A stretch of 62,138 nucleotides of DNA, the filler included. It is 4 parts of 4 records of this genome, joined end to end, with 100 filler letters (N's around TTAATTAATTAA, not from the genome) between each part and the next. Parts side by side here need not be neighbours in the genome. Positions count along the whole stretch, not along the records: positions 1 to 19,060 come from SRR31156797_12879; positions 19,161 to 30,456 come from SRR31156797_12890; 2 more parts are not named here. One strand, 5' to 3'. Of this stretch, positions 9,436 to 19,398 are shown one piece after another. Within the stretch, counting starts at the first letter, position 1; each line of letters begins with the position of its first letter. Position numbers and translations under genes: made by a program. Below the pieces are notes generated by a model. That model saw only the letters and a program-made list of their open reading frames with translations, had not been told where the DNA came from and searched no databases.

Positions 9436-10080
9436 ATGGAACTAATTCTTTCAACTTACCTAAACGAACTATTAGCAGTAACATCAATAACTTTACTCAC
9501 TATCATCACACCTGGGCCTGATTTTGTCATTGTCGCTCGAAACAGTTTAACCTACTCGCGCAGATCTGGGATATTCACTTCACTAGGGGTGTCAATTGCG
9601 GTTTGGATACACGTTTTTTACACTTTAGCAGGAATAGGGCTGATACTATCTAAATCTATAGTATTCTTTTCAATAGTTAAGCTTTTAGGCGCTGGTTACT
9701 TAATATACATGGGGATTTGCTGTTTAAGCAATAAATCTAGTATCGACACTTCCAATCAAGTCATTGAAAGGTTAACTGCAACGGATTTAAAATCTTTCAA
9801 AATGGGGTTTATTAATAACGCATTAAATCCGAAGGCGACCTTGTTTTTTCTCAGTTTATTCACGCAACTTGTAAGCCCAACCACTCCATTAACCATTCAG
9901 ATTCTTTATGGGGCAATAGTGTCATTTTCATGTTTAGTGTGGTTCAGCATAGTCGCTGCCTTCCTTAATAGAGCAGAAGTCAAATCAATATTTATGAAAG
10001 TTCAGAAATATATTGAAAAATTAATGGGAGCCGTACTTTTATGCTTTGGAGTTAAAGTTGCTTTTTCCACAACAAATTGA
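9436..10080 (+). CDS. LysE/RhtB family amino-acid exporter, cassette-type gene
   Basis: ITPGPDF, GAGYLIYMG and GFINNALNPKATLFF motifs. Confidence 0.93.
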   Translation: MELILSTYLNELLAVTSITLLTIITPGPDFVIVARNSLTYSRRSGIFTSLGVSIAVWIHVFYTLAGIGLILSKSIVFFSIVKLLGAGYLIYMGICCLSNKSSIDTSNQVIERLTATDLKSFKMGFINNALNPKATLFFLSLFTQLVSPTTPLTIQILYGAIVSFSCLVWFSIVAAFLNRAEVKSIFMKVQKYIEKLMGAVLLCFGVKVAFSTTN

Positions 10081-10088
10081 GATATGGA

Positions 10089-10565
10089 ATGAATATACGT
10101 CCGTTTGAAAAAAAAGATTTAATCGCCACAGCTGGAGTGCATCAAGCCGCCTTTGTGCGACAAAAAAAGTCGTATGAATGGATTGAATGCAATGCAAACT
10201 CGTATCCTAAATCTCAAATTTTCGTAGCGGAAAATAATAGCAAAGAAATTGTCGGCTATATTCACTGGTGTCAAAAAAGTGGGTTTCGCCCGGCAGTAAT
10301 TCTTGAACTCGAACAATTAGCAGTACACCCTCGCTACCAAGGGAAAGGAATAGGGACAGAATTAGTCAAAGACTCACTTCCACAAGTTCAAGAACAACTA
10401 AAAACAAGAAATGCTAGAATAAAACATATAGTTGTGACAACTCGTGCAGATAATTTCGCTCAAAAGTTGTATAAAAAAACACTGAATGCAGAAGTAGAGG
10501 CAACTATTAGCAACTTATATTCTGCAGATGAAGTATTTATGATTTCAAGAAATATAATGATTTAG
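10089..10565 (+). CDS. GNAT family N-acetyltransferase, cassette-type gene
   Basis: LAVHPRYQGKGIG motif A and AQKLYKK; start trimmed to MNIRPF. Confidence 0.9.
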   Translation: MNIRPFEKKDLIATAGVHQAAFVRQKKSYEWIECNANSYPKSQIFVAENNSKEIVGYIHWCQKSGFRPAVILELEQLAVHPRYQGKGIGTELVKDSLPQVQEQLKTRNARIKHIVVTTRADNFAQKLYKKTLNAEVEATISNLYSADEVFMISRNIMI

Positions 10566-10664
10566 CGCAGCCATGTGGTTAACATCGTTTGCCGTGAATC
10601 ACCCAGACTCGCTTATCATTTCGAATTAACAACACATTATATCACACAAAAAAGGAACAATTAC

Positions 10665-10979
10665 ATGTCAGAATTCAAAAACGTCACAGCTATTAGGGAA
10701 GCGAACATTTACTTTGACGGAAAAGTTACCAGCCGCACATTAGTCTTCCCTGATGGATCTAAAAAATCACTTGGGATTATGTCTCCTGGAAAATACGAAT
10801 TCAGCACAGCTGAAAGGGAAATCATGGAAATCCTTTCTGGTGAGCTTGAGGTTTTACTCCCTGAAGAGGAAGGGTGGAAAACGATTAAAGGCGGCGAACA
10901 GTTTGAAGTACCACCAGAATCAAATTTCAATGTAAAAGTAAAACTCATTACTGATTACTGTTGTTCTTATATCAAATAA
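10665..10979 (+). CDS. ppnP: Pyrimidine/purine nucleoside phosphorylase PpnP (DUF1255)
   Basis: [33 protein letters not shown] and DYCCSY; RBS AAGGA before ATG 10665. Confidence 0.92.
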   Translation: MSEFKNVTAIREANIYFDGKVTSRTLVFPDGSKKSLGIMSPGKYEFSTAEREIMEILSGELEVLLPEEEGWKTIKGGEQFEVPPESNFNVKVKLITDYCCSYIK

Positions 10980-10981
10980 AA

Positions 10982-11034
10982 GCCTAACGAAACTTTCCAC
11001 AGGACTCGCTAAAGGCCGCCTTTAAATATTAACC
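10982..11034 (+). other. Degenerate attC (left half) closing the array
   Basis: R'' GCCTAAC lies 2 nt after the ppnP stop, followed by GAAAC-TTTCCACAGGACTCGC; no intact GTTRRRY on the right. Confidence 0.5.
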
Positions 11035-11084
11035 CTTTAAAAAGGCAATTTCACTCTGCTCCTTTATCTTCTTCGGTAAGGAAT

Positions 11085-12035
11085 TCAGCAGGCAGAGAGA
11101 AAATCCAGAATAATTGTCTTGATTGTGTCGGTGCAATTGGGTGCGAGGATATTTCCGGCCAATACATGGCGTTCCGGTGCTTCAGTATCGATAATGGGGA
11201 CGAGGAGCTTGTCAGCAGATCCGAACCGTTGAAAAGCTGCCGTTATTGCCTTGGGATCGACTAACTGGTCGAAGGGGGAATAGATGACCAACACTGGCTG
11301 ATGGATGTTTTCTAAAGGGAGGGAGCGGGTCAGGCGAACAAGCCCCATCATCGGCAACAGGGCTCTGGTCGGAAAACGGTGGGTCCAGTACTTGGCGTGG
11401 AGCAAATTTTGCGGTTTCCAGCTGTATTCCGAACCATTAACCCGCTCACCAATAAACCCGCCCCATGGCCAGGTAAGTAAAACCGAACGCTTGTCGGCCA
11501 AGGCGTAATTGGGTGAGATTAAAATAAAAGCCGCAACGTGTTGCCCCATCGGATGTACGGCCAGCCAGGTTGCGGCCGTTGCTCCGGTGGAGAGGCCGAT
11601 AACCACCACCCGTTCGCCGATCCGTCGACCGATTGCCATAGCCTCGGCGATATCGTTTATATACGTATTGACACTGCACTCAAGCATTGCCTCCCCCGTA
11701 CGTCCATGGCCGGTAAACCGGGTATAAAATAGATTTGCCCCCATACTCCCTGCCACCCTATCCGCCAAAGGGACCGACTCCTGGCGAGTTGCGGAAAAAC
11801 CGTGGAGATAAACGATAGAGAGGGCAGTTTTCTGGCCAGGCTCTCCTGCCCAATGGATGATCTTTTCCGTTCCCTGAGTCAGGTCGTCATAGGCATTTTC
11901 CTGCTCTGTAAGATAAGCGTCTAGATCTTCAGGCAGGATCAACGGATGCAAGCTGGTATCGACCTCTATCCGTGGTCCAGCAAGTATAACGATAATCAGG
12001 AACAACAATATTCCTCCCCACAGCAGCAGGTACAT
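11085..12035 (-). CDS. Alpha/beta hydrolase (lysophospholipase/esterase-like) with N-terminal membrane anchor
   Basis: YLHGFS, GHG, GLSTG nucleophile elbow, D in SPFDQLV and H in RHVLAG. Confidence 0.88.
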   Translation of the reverse strand: MYLLLWGGILLFLIIVILAGPRIEVDTSLHPLILPEDLDAYLTEQENAYDDLTQGTEKIIHWAGEPGQKTALSIVYLHGFSATRQESVPLADRVAGSMGANLFYTRFTGHGRTGEAMLECSVNTYINDIAEAMAIGRRIGERVVVIGLSTGATAATWLAVHPMGQHVAAFILISPNYALADKRSVLLTWPWGGFIGERVNGSEYSWKPQNLLHAKYWTHRFPTRALLPMMGLVRLTRSLPLENIHQPVLVIYSPFDQLVDPKAITAAFQRFGSADKLLVPIIDTEAPERHVLAGNILAPNCTDTIKTIILDFLSAC

Positions 12036-12162
12036 CGTTTTTCTCTCCCTCTTAACGGATGCTCAAAATTATAGTTTGACCCGACCCAGATCTTTGGCTC
12101 TCTGCACAGTACGGGCATATATCCATAGGCTACACGTCTCCTTCCCCCCTATACACATATAT

Positions 12163-12349
12163 CAAAGGCTACCCCTTGTTACTGCCGAAAACTTTATACT
12201 AAACCCAATATCCGATCATTAGGTGTGTCGAAAAGTTGTCTTGCATGATAACGTGCCCCGCATTCGGGGGACAGTAAGGGGGCTGCTGCTATACTCAGGA
12301 GTTTTTTTTTGCATCTAAAAATAAGCAAATACCAGCAATCTGCCGATAA
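12163..12349 (+). promoter_or_regulatory. Two tandem sigma28 (FliA)-like promoters
   Basis: CAAAG-N16-GCCGAAAA (12163-12191) and ATAAG-N16-GCCGATAA (12321-12349). The second -10 box is the exact sigma28 consensus; spacing is slightly longer than the E. coli consensus. Confidence 0.5.
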
Positions 12350-12458
12350 AGTCTTAAGTGAAACTTTTTTGGGACCACTCCTTGCTTACATTGCAGGAGG
12401 GGGCAGTGAGCCTACTCCATTTTTCCATTCCAGGTTACTCGTTACGACTTACAACAAA

Positions 12459-13808
12459 ATGATGGAAATACAAAAGACCATACATACCGCCGAGCAACAA
12501 GCAATTCAGAATCGATCGGAAAAAGCTACAGCTTCTTTTGGCGAAGTGCTCTCAGGTACGCTGGCTGTCCAAAAGCAGGGCTTAGGACAGCAGCAAAAAA
12601 TGGGCAGCCTCCAGGAAATAGGAACCATAACACAGCAAACACCAACCGTATCCGAGCTGCTGCATCAGCATGACCAACTTAAAGGTAAAACGTGGGCGAT
12701 CCTTTCAAACAATCAAAACCAACATAAGGATTACAGGTCCATTCTTCCTGGTACCAAGATATACATAGACCGTAACTCCGGTGAATTGTCCTGGTCAGGT
12801 GCTGCACAAAAGCAGATAACGCCCCAGTTGCAGGGTGCATCCAGCGGAATGAATGTTGCCTCTTCCTCACTTAGACAGGTTGAAAACGGCGTTACTACAA
12901 AGGAGATACCTGTTCCCCAAACACAAGAGCAGGTTCGCCTTGGTCTCATTAACAATGAAACCCCTACAGTTTCTCACCTTTTGCACCGGGATACACGCTA
13001 TCGCAATCAAACCTGGGATATTCTCGGCCAGACAGTAAATGCGCATAAACAATTTCACAGTATGCAGATCGGTTCAGAGGTGCTGCTGAACCCTGCAACC
13101 ATGGAAATCTCCTGGCAATCGAAGAAGGAGACGCTAATACCAGCACCCCCTACAGTTACCGTGGCGGTAGAAGACGAGTCCCCGCAAAAAGAAACCTGGA
13201 GTAAAAGTCATGAGTCGGCTGGAGACCTCAGTCAAGCGGTACAACCGTATATGGGCAAATCATATAAGGAAATTAACTGTTATGAACTGCTGGTCAATGG
13301 CCTGAAACAGCTTGATATTCCTTACGGAGGCCGCAACGGACTTTACTCCAGGTTGACCAGCATGGCCCTTGACCGAGGAATGGCTGCAAATGCCTATCTC
13401 AATGGTGAGGGTATTGTTGAGGTGGCGGGTTCGACCGTATTATCAAAAAATTACCCAGAACTCGTAAATTGGCAAAAAAATGCCGCAAACTTACTCCGTG
13501 AGATCGAACCGCTTTTGGATAGTGGCCAAATCCTCTCCTTTTCCACCCAAACCAGGGGGCATACCGGTATTGTTTCCCGTCAAGATGAACGCTGGACCTT
13601 TATAAACTCCGGCAGGTTGGACAACCCTGTTGATGAACGGGGTCCCAGCAAAGGGGTCGGTGAGGAGATCCTTGAGGAGGAGATCCGCAATTGGTTTAAA
13701 CTAGCTCACGAGAGCGGAGAACACCTGCGGGTGACACTGGGCGAACTGAGCCAGGAAAAAATCCGAACTGCCGCAAACGTTGAAAGGCTCCCGGATAACC
13801 GGATCTAA
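12459..13808 (+). CDS. Hypothetical protein with two ~60-aa LysM-like repeats and a divergent NlpC/P60-like C-terminal domain
   Basis: Repeat GxIxxxTPTVSxLLH...TWxIL...NxHK...G..I.....ExSW at 12618-12794 and 12939-13115; C-terminal YMGKSYKEINC...GHTGIV...FINS. Start placed downstream of the promoter (ORF track start 12309). Confidence 0.7.
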   Translation: MMEIQKTIHTAEQQAIQNRSEKATASFGEVLSGTLAVQKQGLGQQQKMGSLQEIGTITQQTPTVSELLHQHDQLKGKTWAILSNNQNQHKDYRSILPGTKIYIDRNSGELSWSGAAQKQITPQLQGASSGMNVASSSLRQVENGVTTKEIPVPQTQEQVRLGLINNETPTVSHLLHRDTRYRNQTWDILGQTVNAHKQFHSMQIGSEVLLNPATMEISWQSKKETLIPAPPTVTVAVEDESPQKETWSKSHESAGDLSQAVQPYMGKSYKEINCYELLVNGLKQLDIPYGGRNGLYSRLTSMALDRGMAANAYLNGEGIVEVAGSTVLSKNYPELVNWQKNAANLLREIEPLLDSGQILSFSTQTRGHTGIVSRQDERWTFINSGRLDNPVDERGPSKGVGEEILEEEIRNWFKLAHESGEHLRVTLGELSQEKIRTAANVERLPDNRI

Positions 13809-13904
13809 CTCCTTTTCAGTTCTTCTTTTCCCTCTCCGGGCCTGTTCTTGAGAAGGAAAGGCTTACAAGAATGTATCATTTAAAAACTATATACAGCAAA
13901 TCAT

Positions 13905-14555
13905 ATGGACATTTTACTCAATAACAGCGAAGTGCGGGTGCTTGGATGTTTGATGGAAAAGGAGATGGCAACCCCTGATTATTATCCTCTTTCACTCAAC
14001 GCCTTGACAAATGCCTGCAACCAGAAGTCCAACCGAACCCCTGTGGTTTCCTATGAGGAGGAAACAGTTGTTGCGGCATTGGACGGGTTGAGGGAAAAGA
14101 AAATGGTCAGACAGAGCAATCTCAGCCGAGTACCGAAATATGAGCAGATTTTCTCCAGAGAGTTAAATCTAGTGATTCGGGAAGAGGCTGTCATTTGTAT
14201 TCTTTTGGTGCGCGGGCCTCAAACCATTGGCGAAATTCGTGGGCGCACAGAGCGCCTGTATTCGTACGACAACCTGTATGAGGTACAGGCCACTGTATCC
14301 AGCCTTGAGGATATGGGACTGATCACCAAATTGGCGCGACAGCCGGGCCGCAAAGAATCCCGCTATACCCACCTCTTTGGCGGAAAACCTGATGAAACTG
14401 CAGCTGAACCCCTTTCTCCACCCGACGCTGAAACAACAAAAGTTGGCCACGACAAGGATCGCATAGGTGAACTTCAGGAGCAGGTAGACAACCTGCAGCT
14501 TGAAGTACAGGAGCTGCGAACTGAGCTAGAAGCATTTAAGCTGCAATTTGAGTAA
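13905..14555 (+). CDS. yceH: YceH/DUF480 family protein
   Basis: EVRVLGCLMEKEMATPDYYPLSLNALTNACNQKSNR.PV, LLVRGPQT.GE.R.R and PGRKESRY.HL. Confidence 0.93.
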   Translation: MDILLNNSEVRVLGCLMEKEMATPDYYPLSLNALTNACNQKSNRTPVVSYEEETVVAALDGLREKKMVRQSNLSRVPKYEQIFSRELNLVIREEAVICILLVRGPQTIGEIRGRTERLYSYDNLYEVQATVSSLEDMGLITKLARQPGRKESRYTHLFGGKPDETAAEPLSPPDAETTKVGHDKDRIGELQEQVDNLQLEVQELRTELEAFKLQFE

Positions 14556-14858
14556 TGTACTTTTGAAACTGTGAAAGAGTTTGAACAGGAAGAGGTACTC
14601 GCCCAGCAGGTAAAAAAGTTGAAAAAATTTTACAATACTGCCAATGAACTTCTTACAGCACATCATAAAAAAAACCTGACTTTTTACTCGATCAATATAA
14701 TCAAAGACATAAGGTGTTGTATATGTACAAGCAATACTGGGTACAAGTACATTTCATCATCAATTAAGAGCTTGTGCTAAAAGTTAACGCACGGATGACA
14801 CACTAAAGGTTGCAATACCAAATAAAACCATATATTCAAATCCCAACAGGAGTATATT

Positions 14859-15419
14859 GTGCAACATATATTAGCCGCTTTGGTATTGCTCACTCTTTAC
14901 AGTTGCTCCTCCCTTCCAGTTAACAAAGAAGTCCAACCCACCCTTTTTTGCCAAGGCAGCCTGGAACTACCTGTAAATCTGGCTGCTCAATTTGAGCCCA
15001 TTAAAGATACTCAGCTTCTTAATGACGCTTTGGGCAGCCCCAATAAAGGGAAACTTTGCCAGGGCAAGGTTTATAAAAGCAAAGCAGGAACCCAGATCAC
15101 CCTTTTTCGCGCCTGGAACAGTACTAACCCCAACAGCAAAGTCGGCAAATGGTGGGCATTTCAGAAGCCCAGCGGCAAAGTCTCTACTTACCGTTCTGAG
15201 TATGAAATATGCTATCAATGGTCACCCTTGGACAAGTTGGTAAGCTGTACCCTTAAACCGGATATAAAGGTTGTGGTCGGCACCGGGCAAAGTGTTCAAT
15301 GTTCTGAGTACTTAACATATCCTGTTTCAAAAAAGCAGCAGATCTATATCGATAATGCAACTACCTCACTCACAGACTGCACCCTCTATGATGGGGAGTT
15401 CAGCTGGAAACAATTATAG
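14859..15419 (+). CDS. Cys-rich lipoprotein of unknown function
   Basis: GTG start with RBS CAGGAG; lipobox LYSC; six further Cys residues. Confidence 0.8.
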   Translation: MQHILAALVLLTLYSCSSLPVNKEVQPTLFCQGSLELPVNLAAQFEPIKDTQLLNDALGSPNKGKLCQGKVYKSKAGTQITLFRAWNSTNPNSKVGKWWAFQKPSGKVSTYRSEYEICYQWSPLDKLVSCTLKPDIKVVVGTGQSVQCSEYLTYPVSKKQQIYIDNATTSLTDCTLYDGEFSWKQL

Positions 15420-15576
15420 CCCATTGGGCATACACCATTATTGGTCATGACTCGTTATAGAAAAGCCAATAATAAGGACTTTTTATAGCAGAAAGCCAAC
15501 ATAAATCAGTCATTTTGAACTATCGTAGAGGATTTCCACCGATTTTCCCAAGATATTTCACATTGGAGGGTTGTTC

Positions 15577-17004
15577 ATGATTATTGCATTTGTACATGGT
15601 TGGAGTGTAACAGATACCAGCACTTACGGTCGCCTTCCTGAAACACTGGCAACACAAGCCAGCGATTTCAATCTTCATATTGAAATAAAACATATCTGGT
15701 TAGGCAGATATATAAGTTTCCATGATGATGTCAGTATGGCAGATGTTGCGCGAGCGTTTGATAGCGCCCTCCGGGATCAGATACCTGATGGTAAGGGTGG
15801 GATAGCGGAATTTTCCTGCGTTACCCATTCAACGGGAGGGCCTGTGGCACGTGAATGGCTGGATCGATTTTATGGTGCCGAGAATCTGTCACATTCACCA
15901 ATGCGCCATTTGGTGATGCTGGCGCCTGCTAACCATGGATCTGCGCTGGCCGCTCTTGGCAAACAAAGGGTGGGGAGAATTAAAGCCTGGTTTTCCGGCG
16001 TAGAACCAGGACAAAGGATTCTTGATTGGTTGTCACTCGGGAGCCAAGAACAGATAGACCTCGCAGCAGCTTATCTGGACTACAAGCCAACAGCGTCAGA
16101 GTTTTACCCATTTGTCCTTACCGGGCAGACCATTGACAAGAAAATGTATGATTTTCTCAATAGTTATCTGGTAGAAAAAGGATCGGATGGTGTTGTCCGT
16201 GTTGCTGGTGCCAATATCAATTACAGCATGGTAAAATTGGTGGAAACAGGTGAGGAGAAAGTAGTTACCCATGGCCCAGAGACCATAGATGTACACATGC
16301 TTAAAATTGCGGAAAATTTGAGACGACCTGCACCTGCACCTCTTGGAGTTATTCCCGGTGCCAGTCATTCCGGGAATAAAAAAGGAATTATGGGAAGTAT
16401 TTTGTCTCCTGCGTCGAAAACAAAGCCGCAGCTTGCCGAAATATTTAAATGCCTCCAGGTGAATACCCCAGAAGAGTACATAGAAAGAGAAAAGGCATTA
16501 CAAAAACTGACCAAACAGACCCAGACAGGGAAACACCGATATGTGATGCTGGTGTTTGTGGTTAAAGACGACCAGGGAGATGCTGTCAAGGATTACGATC
16601 TTTTTTTATTGGGCGGCGAGGATTATCATCCGGACAAGCTGTCAAAGGGGTTCTTTGTCGATCGTCAGCAGAATGCGGCGCACCCTAATCATCTAGTCTA
16701 CTATATCAACTACGATGTTATAATCAGGAATAAACTCACAGGATTTAGAGTTATTGCCCGTCCTACAGAAGGTTTGTCGTTTTACCATTGTGTGGAATAT
16801 CGTGCAGACACTATGAACATCAATAATGTGTTGGAGCCCAATGAGACTTTTTATATTGAAATCCAACTCAAGCGATGCGTGGATAAAAATGTCTTTCGAT
16901 TAGACAATGCTGAGGATCCAAAGCTGCAGCAGGAAGGCCGGTTTATAAAATCTTACACAAGGCATTCTTTTAAAGACGTAAAACCTTCAGGCGAAGAAAT
17001 CTGA
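15577..17004 (+). CDS. Alpha/beta-fold lipase/phospholipase-like protein
   Basis: FVHGWS, THSTG nucleophile, MLAPANHGS, SDGVV and SHSG; RBS GGAGG before ATG 15577. Confidence 0.82.
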   Translation: MIIAFVHGWSVTDTSTYGRLPETLATQASDFNLHIEIKHIWLGRYISFHDDVSMADVARAFDSALRDQIPDGKGGIAEFSCVTHSTGGPVAREWLDRFYGAENLSHSPMRHLVMLAPANHGSALAALGKQRVGRIKAWFSGVEPGQRILDWLSLGSQEQIDLAAAYLDYKPTASEFYPFVLTGQTIDKKMYDFLNSYLVEKGSDGVVRVAGANINYSMVKLVETGEEKVVTHGPETIDVHMLKIAENLRRPAPAPLGVIPGASHSGNKKGIMGSILSPASKTKPQLAEIFKCLQVNTPEEYIEREKALQKLTKQTQTGKHRYVMLVFVVKDDQGDAVKDYDLFLLGGEDYHPDKLSKGFFVDRQQNAAHPNHLVYYINYDVIIRNKLTGFRVIARPTEGLSFYHCVEYRADTMNINNVLEPNETFYIEIQLKRCVDKNVFRLDNAEDPKLQQEGRFIKSYTRHSFKDVKPSGEEI

Positions 17005-17247
17005 CAATCCCCTTGATCTCCAGCAAAGTAAAATGGGCTGCATGTATCAGCGAGATACGATCTTTCTCGGAAAAAATTTTTTCTCTAATGTACGTTTACA
17101 TGCCATCACTGTTGACACTGCATCGCAACTTGATTAGCAAGTAACTTCTGCCTGGATTTCCTCCCTTGGGGATACTTCCGGGACAAGGCATGTGTCCTTC
17201 CAACTGCGATACTGCCATCCATTTTCCAAATAAATATGAGCCCCGAC

Positions 17248-17712
17248 ATGAAAATATGGGTAGATGCAGATGCTTGCCCTGTAGTGATCAAAGATATTCT
17301 ATATAAAGCTGCGGAACGGACAGGTACGATGCTGACACTTGTTGCCAATCAATTTCTACGAACGCCACCATCACGGTACATAGATTTCGTCCGCGTTGCC
17401 CCTGGTTTAGACGTTGCTGATAACGAGATAGTTAAAAAACTGAGCGCTGGGGACCTGGTCATTACTGCCGATATACCACTTGCAGCAAATGTGGTGGAAA
17501 AAGGGGGCTATGCGCTGAACCCCCGTGGTGAAATGTATACTGCAGATAATATCAGAGATCGCCTTAGCATGCGGGACTTTATGGACAATCTACGCTCAAG
17601 CGGTGTAGACACAGGCGGCCCGGCAGCACTCAGTAAAAGGGACCGGCAAACTTTTGCCAACCGCCTCGACACTTTTTTAAATCAACATGCCGCAAATAAA
17701 AGCCAAAGGTAA
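17248..17712 (+). CDS. yaiI: YaiI/YqxD (UPF0178) family protein
   Basis: [32 protein letters not shown] and PRGE motifs. Confidence 0.93.
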   Translation: MKIWVDADACPVVIKDILYKAAERTGTMLTLVANQFLRTPPSRYIDFVRVAPGLDVADNEIVKKLSAGDLVITADIPLAANVVEKGGYALNPRGEMYTADNIRDRLSMRDFMDNLRSSGVDTGGPAALSKRDRQTFANRLDTFLNQHAANKSQR

Positions 17713-17839
17713 ATTAAAAAAACACTCTCTCTTGACCATGCACTTCTGGTGCAACACGTCCCCCCCATCCTTTATTCTACTTTTACAGAGTTACAATAGT
17801 AACAAGAATGGGGAGGTATCAAACCGCAGCTTTCACTCA

Positions 17840-19060
17840 TCATTTCCCTTCATTTTCAGCTATTTGCCTTTCTCGGTCCGCATCCATCTCCAGTGAGATA
17901 GCAGCACCAGCCTGTGCAATCTTTTTTGCCTCTTCTGGTGACAGGTCTCCATTTTTTGTTTCCTCTGGAAAGTCTACAATAACTTTCCGGTGGGCATAAT
18001 ATATCCCTTTTGCATTTAATGCCTCTGTGATACGCCTGTATGCTTCTCTTCTAATCAAAAACTGTTTGCCAGGCTTGGCAGTGAATTTGACCCGAATAAT
18101 CATAACAGAATTGGATATTTCATTGACCCCTTGAGATTTTACAGGCAGGATAAAATCGTCGCAAAATTCTGGTTCGCTGAGCATGGCCTGCCCGACTTTC
18201 TTGATAATTTTACGGACCTTGTCAATATCGGTATCATAAGGGAATTCAAGAGGAAACCTGACAACAATACCACCACGCATGAAATTGGTTATTGCTCCCA
18301 GGTCACTATGCGGGACGACCTGAAGCATTCCAAGGTGGTGCCGCAACAAAACATTCCTGAGTGTTATTGCTTCCACTGATCCTTTTATGGAACCGGCCTG
18401 GATATACTCTCCAACTCGAAAGGCATCATCTAAAAGAAAAAAGAAACCTGACAGGACGTCAGAAACGAGTTTCTGGGCACCAAAGCCAACGGCAAGCCCA
18501 AGCACACCAGCCCCTGCGAGCAATGGCCCGATATTTACCCCAAACGATGAAATTACAACCAAAATAACCATCATAATCAAGACAGTAGCAATCACCTTGC
18601 GTAACATTGGCAAAAGGGTATGACTTCGACCAGTTGGAGCCGCCCCACCGAATTCATCATCAGAATCTTCATTGCTACCGTCGGTTTTTGGTGTTGCATC
18701 CTCTATCTTTTTCTCAATATATGAAGAGGCATATTGCCAGAAAAGCAAAGCAAGGGTAAGCACGACCATTGATTCAAATATGGCCCTTATCGCATGTTGA
18801 GCAAAAGGAACGGGATATCCCCAAAGATTGAGCAGCCAAGCACCGAGCATACAGAGAATAAATACTTTAAAAAAGGAGTACACCTTGTGAGCAACTTCTG
18901 CGGTTTTGTCCTCTAAAACTTGTTGCTGGCCTCCCTGTTCGAAGCCCCCTTGCGGCGGCTGTTCCCAAGGTGCAGGTTCATTCACAGCAAAAAGATTCAG
19001 CGAATATACCACTGAGTTTATTACCACCTTCCCTATGCTGCAAACTCCCAAATAAATGGG
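17840..19060 (-). CDS. Large MscS-family mechanosensitive channel, 5' truncated at the contig end
   Basis: PLLAGAGVLGLAVGFGAQKLVSDVLSGFFFLLDDAFRVGEYI; the frame is open to the N gap. Confidence 0.92.
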   Translation of the reverse strand, partial: PIYLGVCSIGKVVINSVVYSLNLFAVNEPAPWEQPPQGGFEQGGQQQVLEDKTAEVAHKVYSFFKVFILCMLGAWLLNLWGYPVPFAQHAIRAIFESMVVLTLALLFWQYASSYIEKKIEDATPKTDGSNEDSDDEFGGAAPTGRSHTLLPMLRKVIATVLIMMVILVVISSFGVNIGPLLAGAGVLGLAVGFGAQKLVSDVLSGFFFLLDDAFRVGEYIQAGSIKGSVEAITLRNVLLRHHLGMLQVVPHSDLGAITNFMRGGIVVRFPLEFPYDTDIDKVRKIIKKVGQAMLSEPEFCDDFILPVKSQGVNEISNSVMIIRVKFTAKPGKQFLIRREAYRRITEALNAKGIYYAHRKVIVDFPEETKNGDLSPEEAKKIAQAGAAISLEMDADRERQIAENEGK

Positions 19061-19160
19061 NNNNNNNNNNNNNNNNNNNNNNNNNNNNNNNNNNNNNNNN
19101 NNNNTTAATTAATTAANNNNNNNNNNNNNNNNNNNNNNNNNNNNNNNNNNNNNNNNNNNN
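19061..19160. other. Artificial contig spacer
   Basis: N44-TTAATTAATTAA-N44 (stops in all six frames); base composition changes abruptly across it. Confidence 0.98.
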
Positions 19161-19197
19161 ACTAGAAACTAATTAAAACCTATATAGATTATTTATT

Positions 19198-19230
19198 AAG
19201 GAAAATGATAGGAATATCATTTTCCTTTTT
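19198..19230 (+). terminator. Intrinsic terminator of an upstream gene outside the contig
   Basis: AAGGAAAATGATA-GGAA-TATCATTTTCCTT followed by a T-run. Confidence 0.75.
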
Positions 19231-19398
19231 TCTTTTCTATATTTTTCTATTCTTTCTATATAAATCAGCACTTATTTAGCACATACTATCTGTATTTAGT
19301 TCAGAATTTTGGATAAAAAAGCAAATCTATAGGATTTTAATTATTTTTTAAATACGGTATATTTTATTGAAGCAAATAATTTAAAGGAGGAAACTTTA

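Noticed and set aside
10551-10625. Possible further attC remnant after the GNAT gene (AGCGCAGCCATGTGG)
   Set aside because: No intact R'' or R' box and no complementary arm; too degenerate to call
14571-14780. 69-aa ORF after yceH
   Set aside because: No clear RBS or motif; possibly a gene remnant but not supportable
15457-15505. Direct repeat AAAGCCAA(T/C)A..TAA upstream of the lipase
   Set aside because: Only two short copies; neither a CRISPR nor a convincing operator
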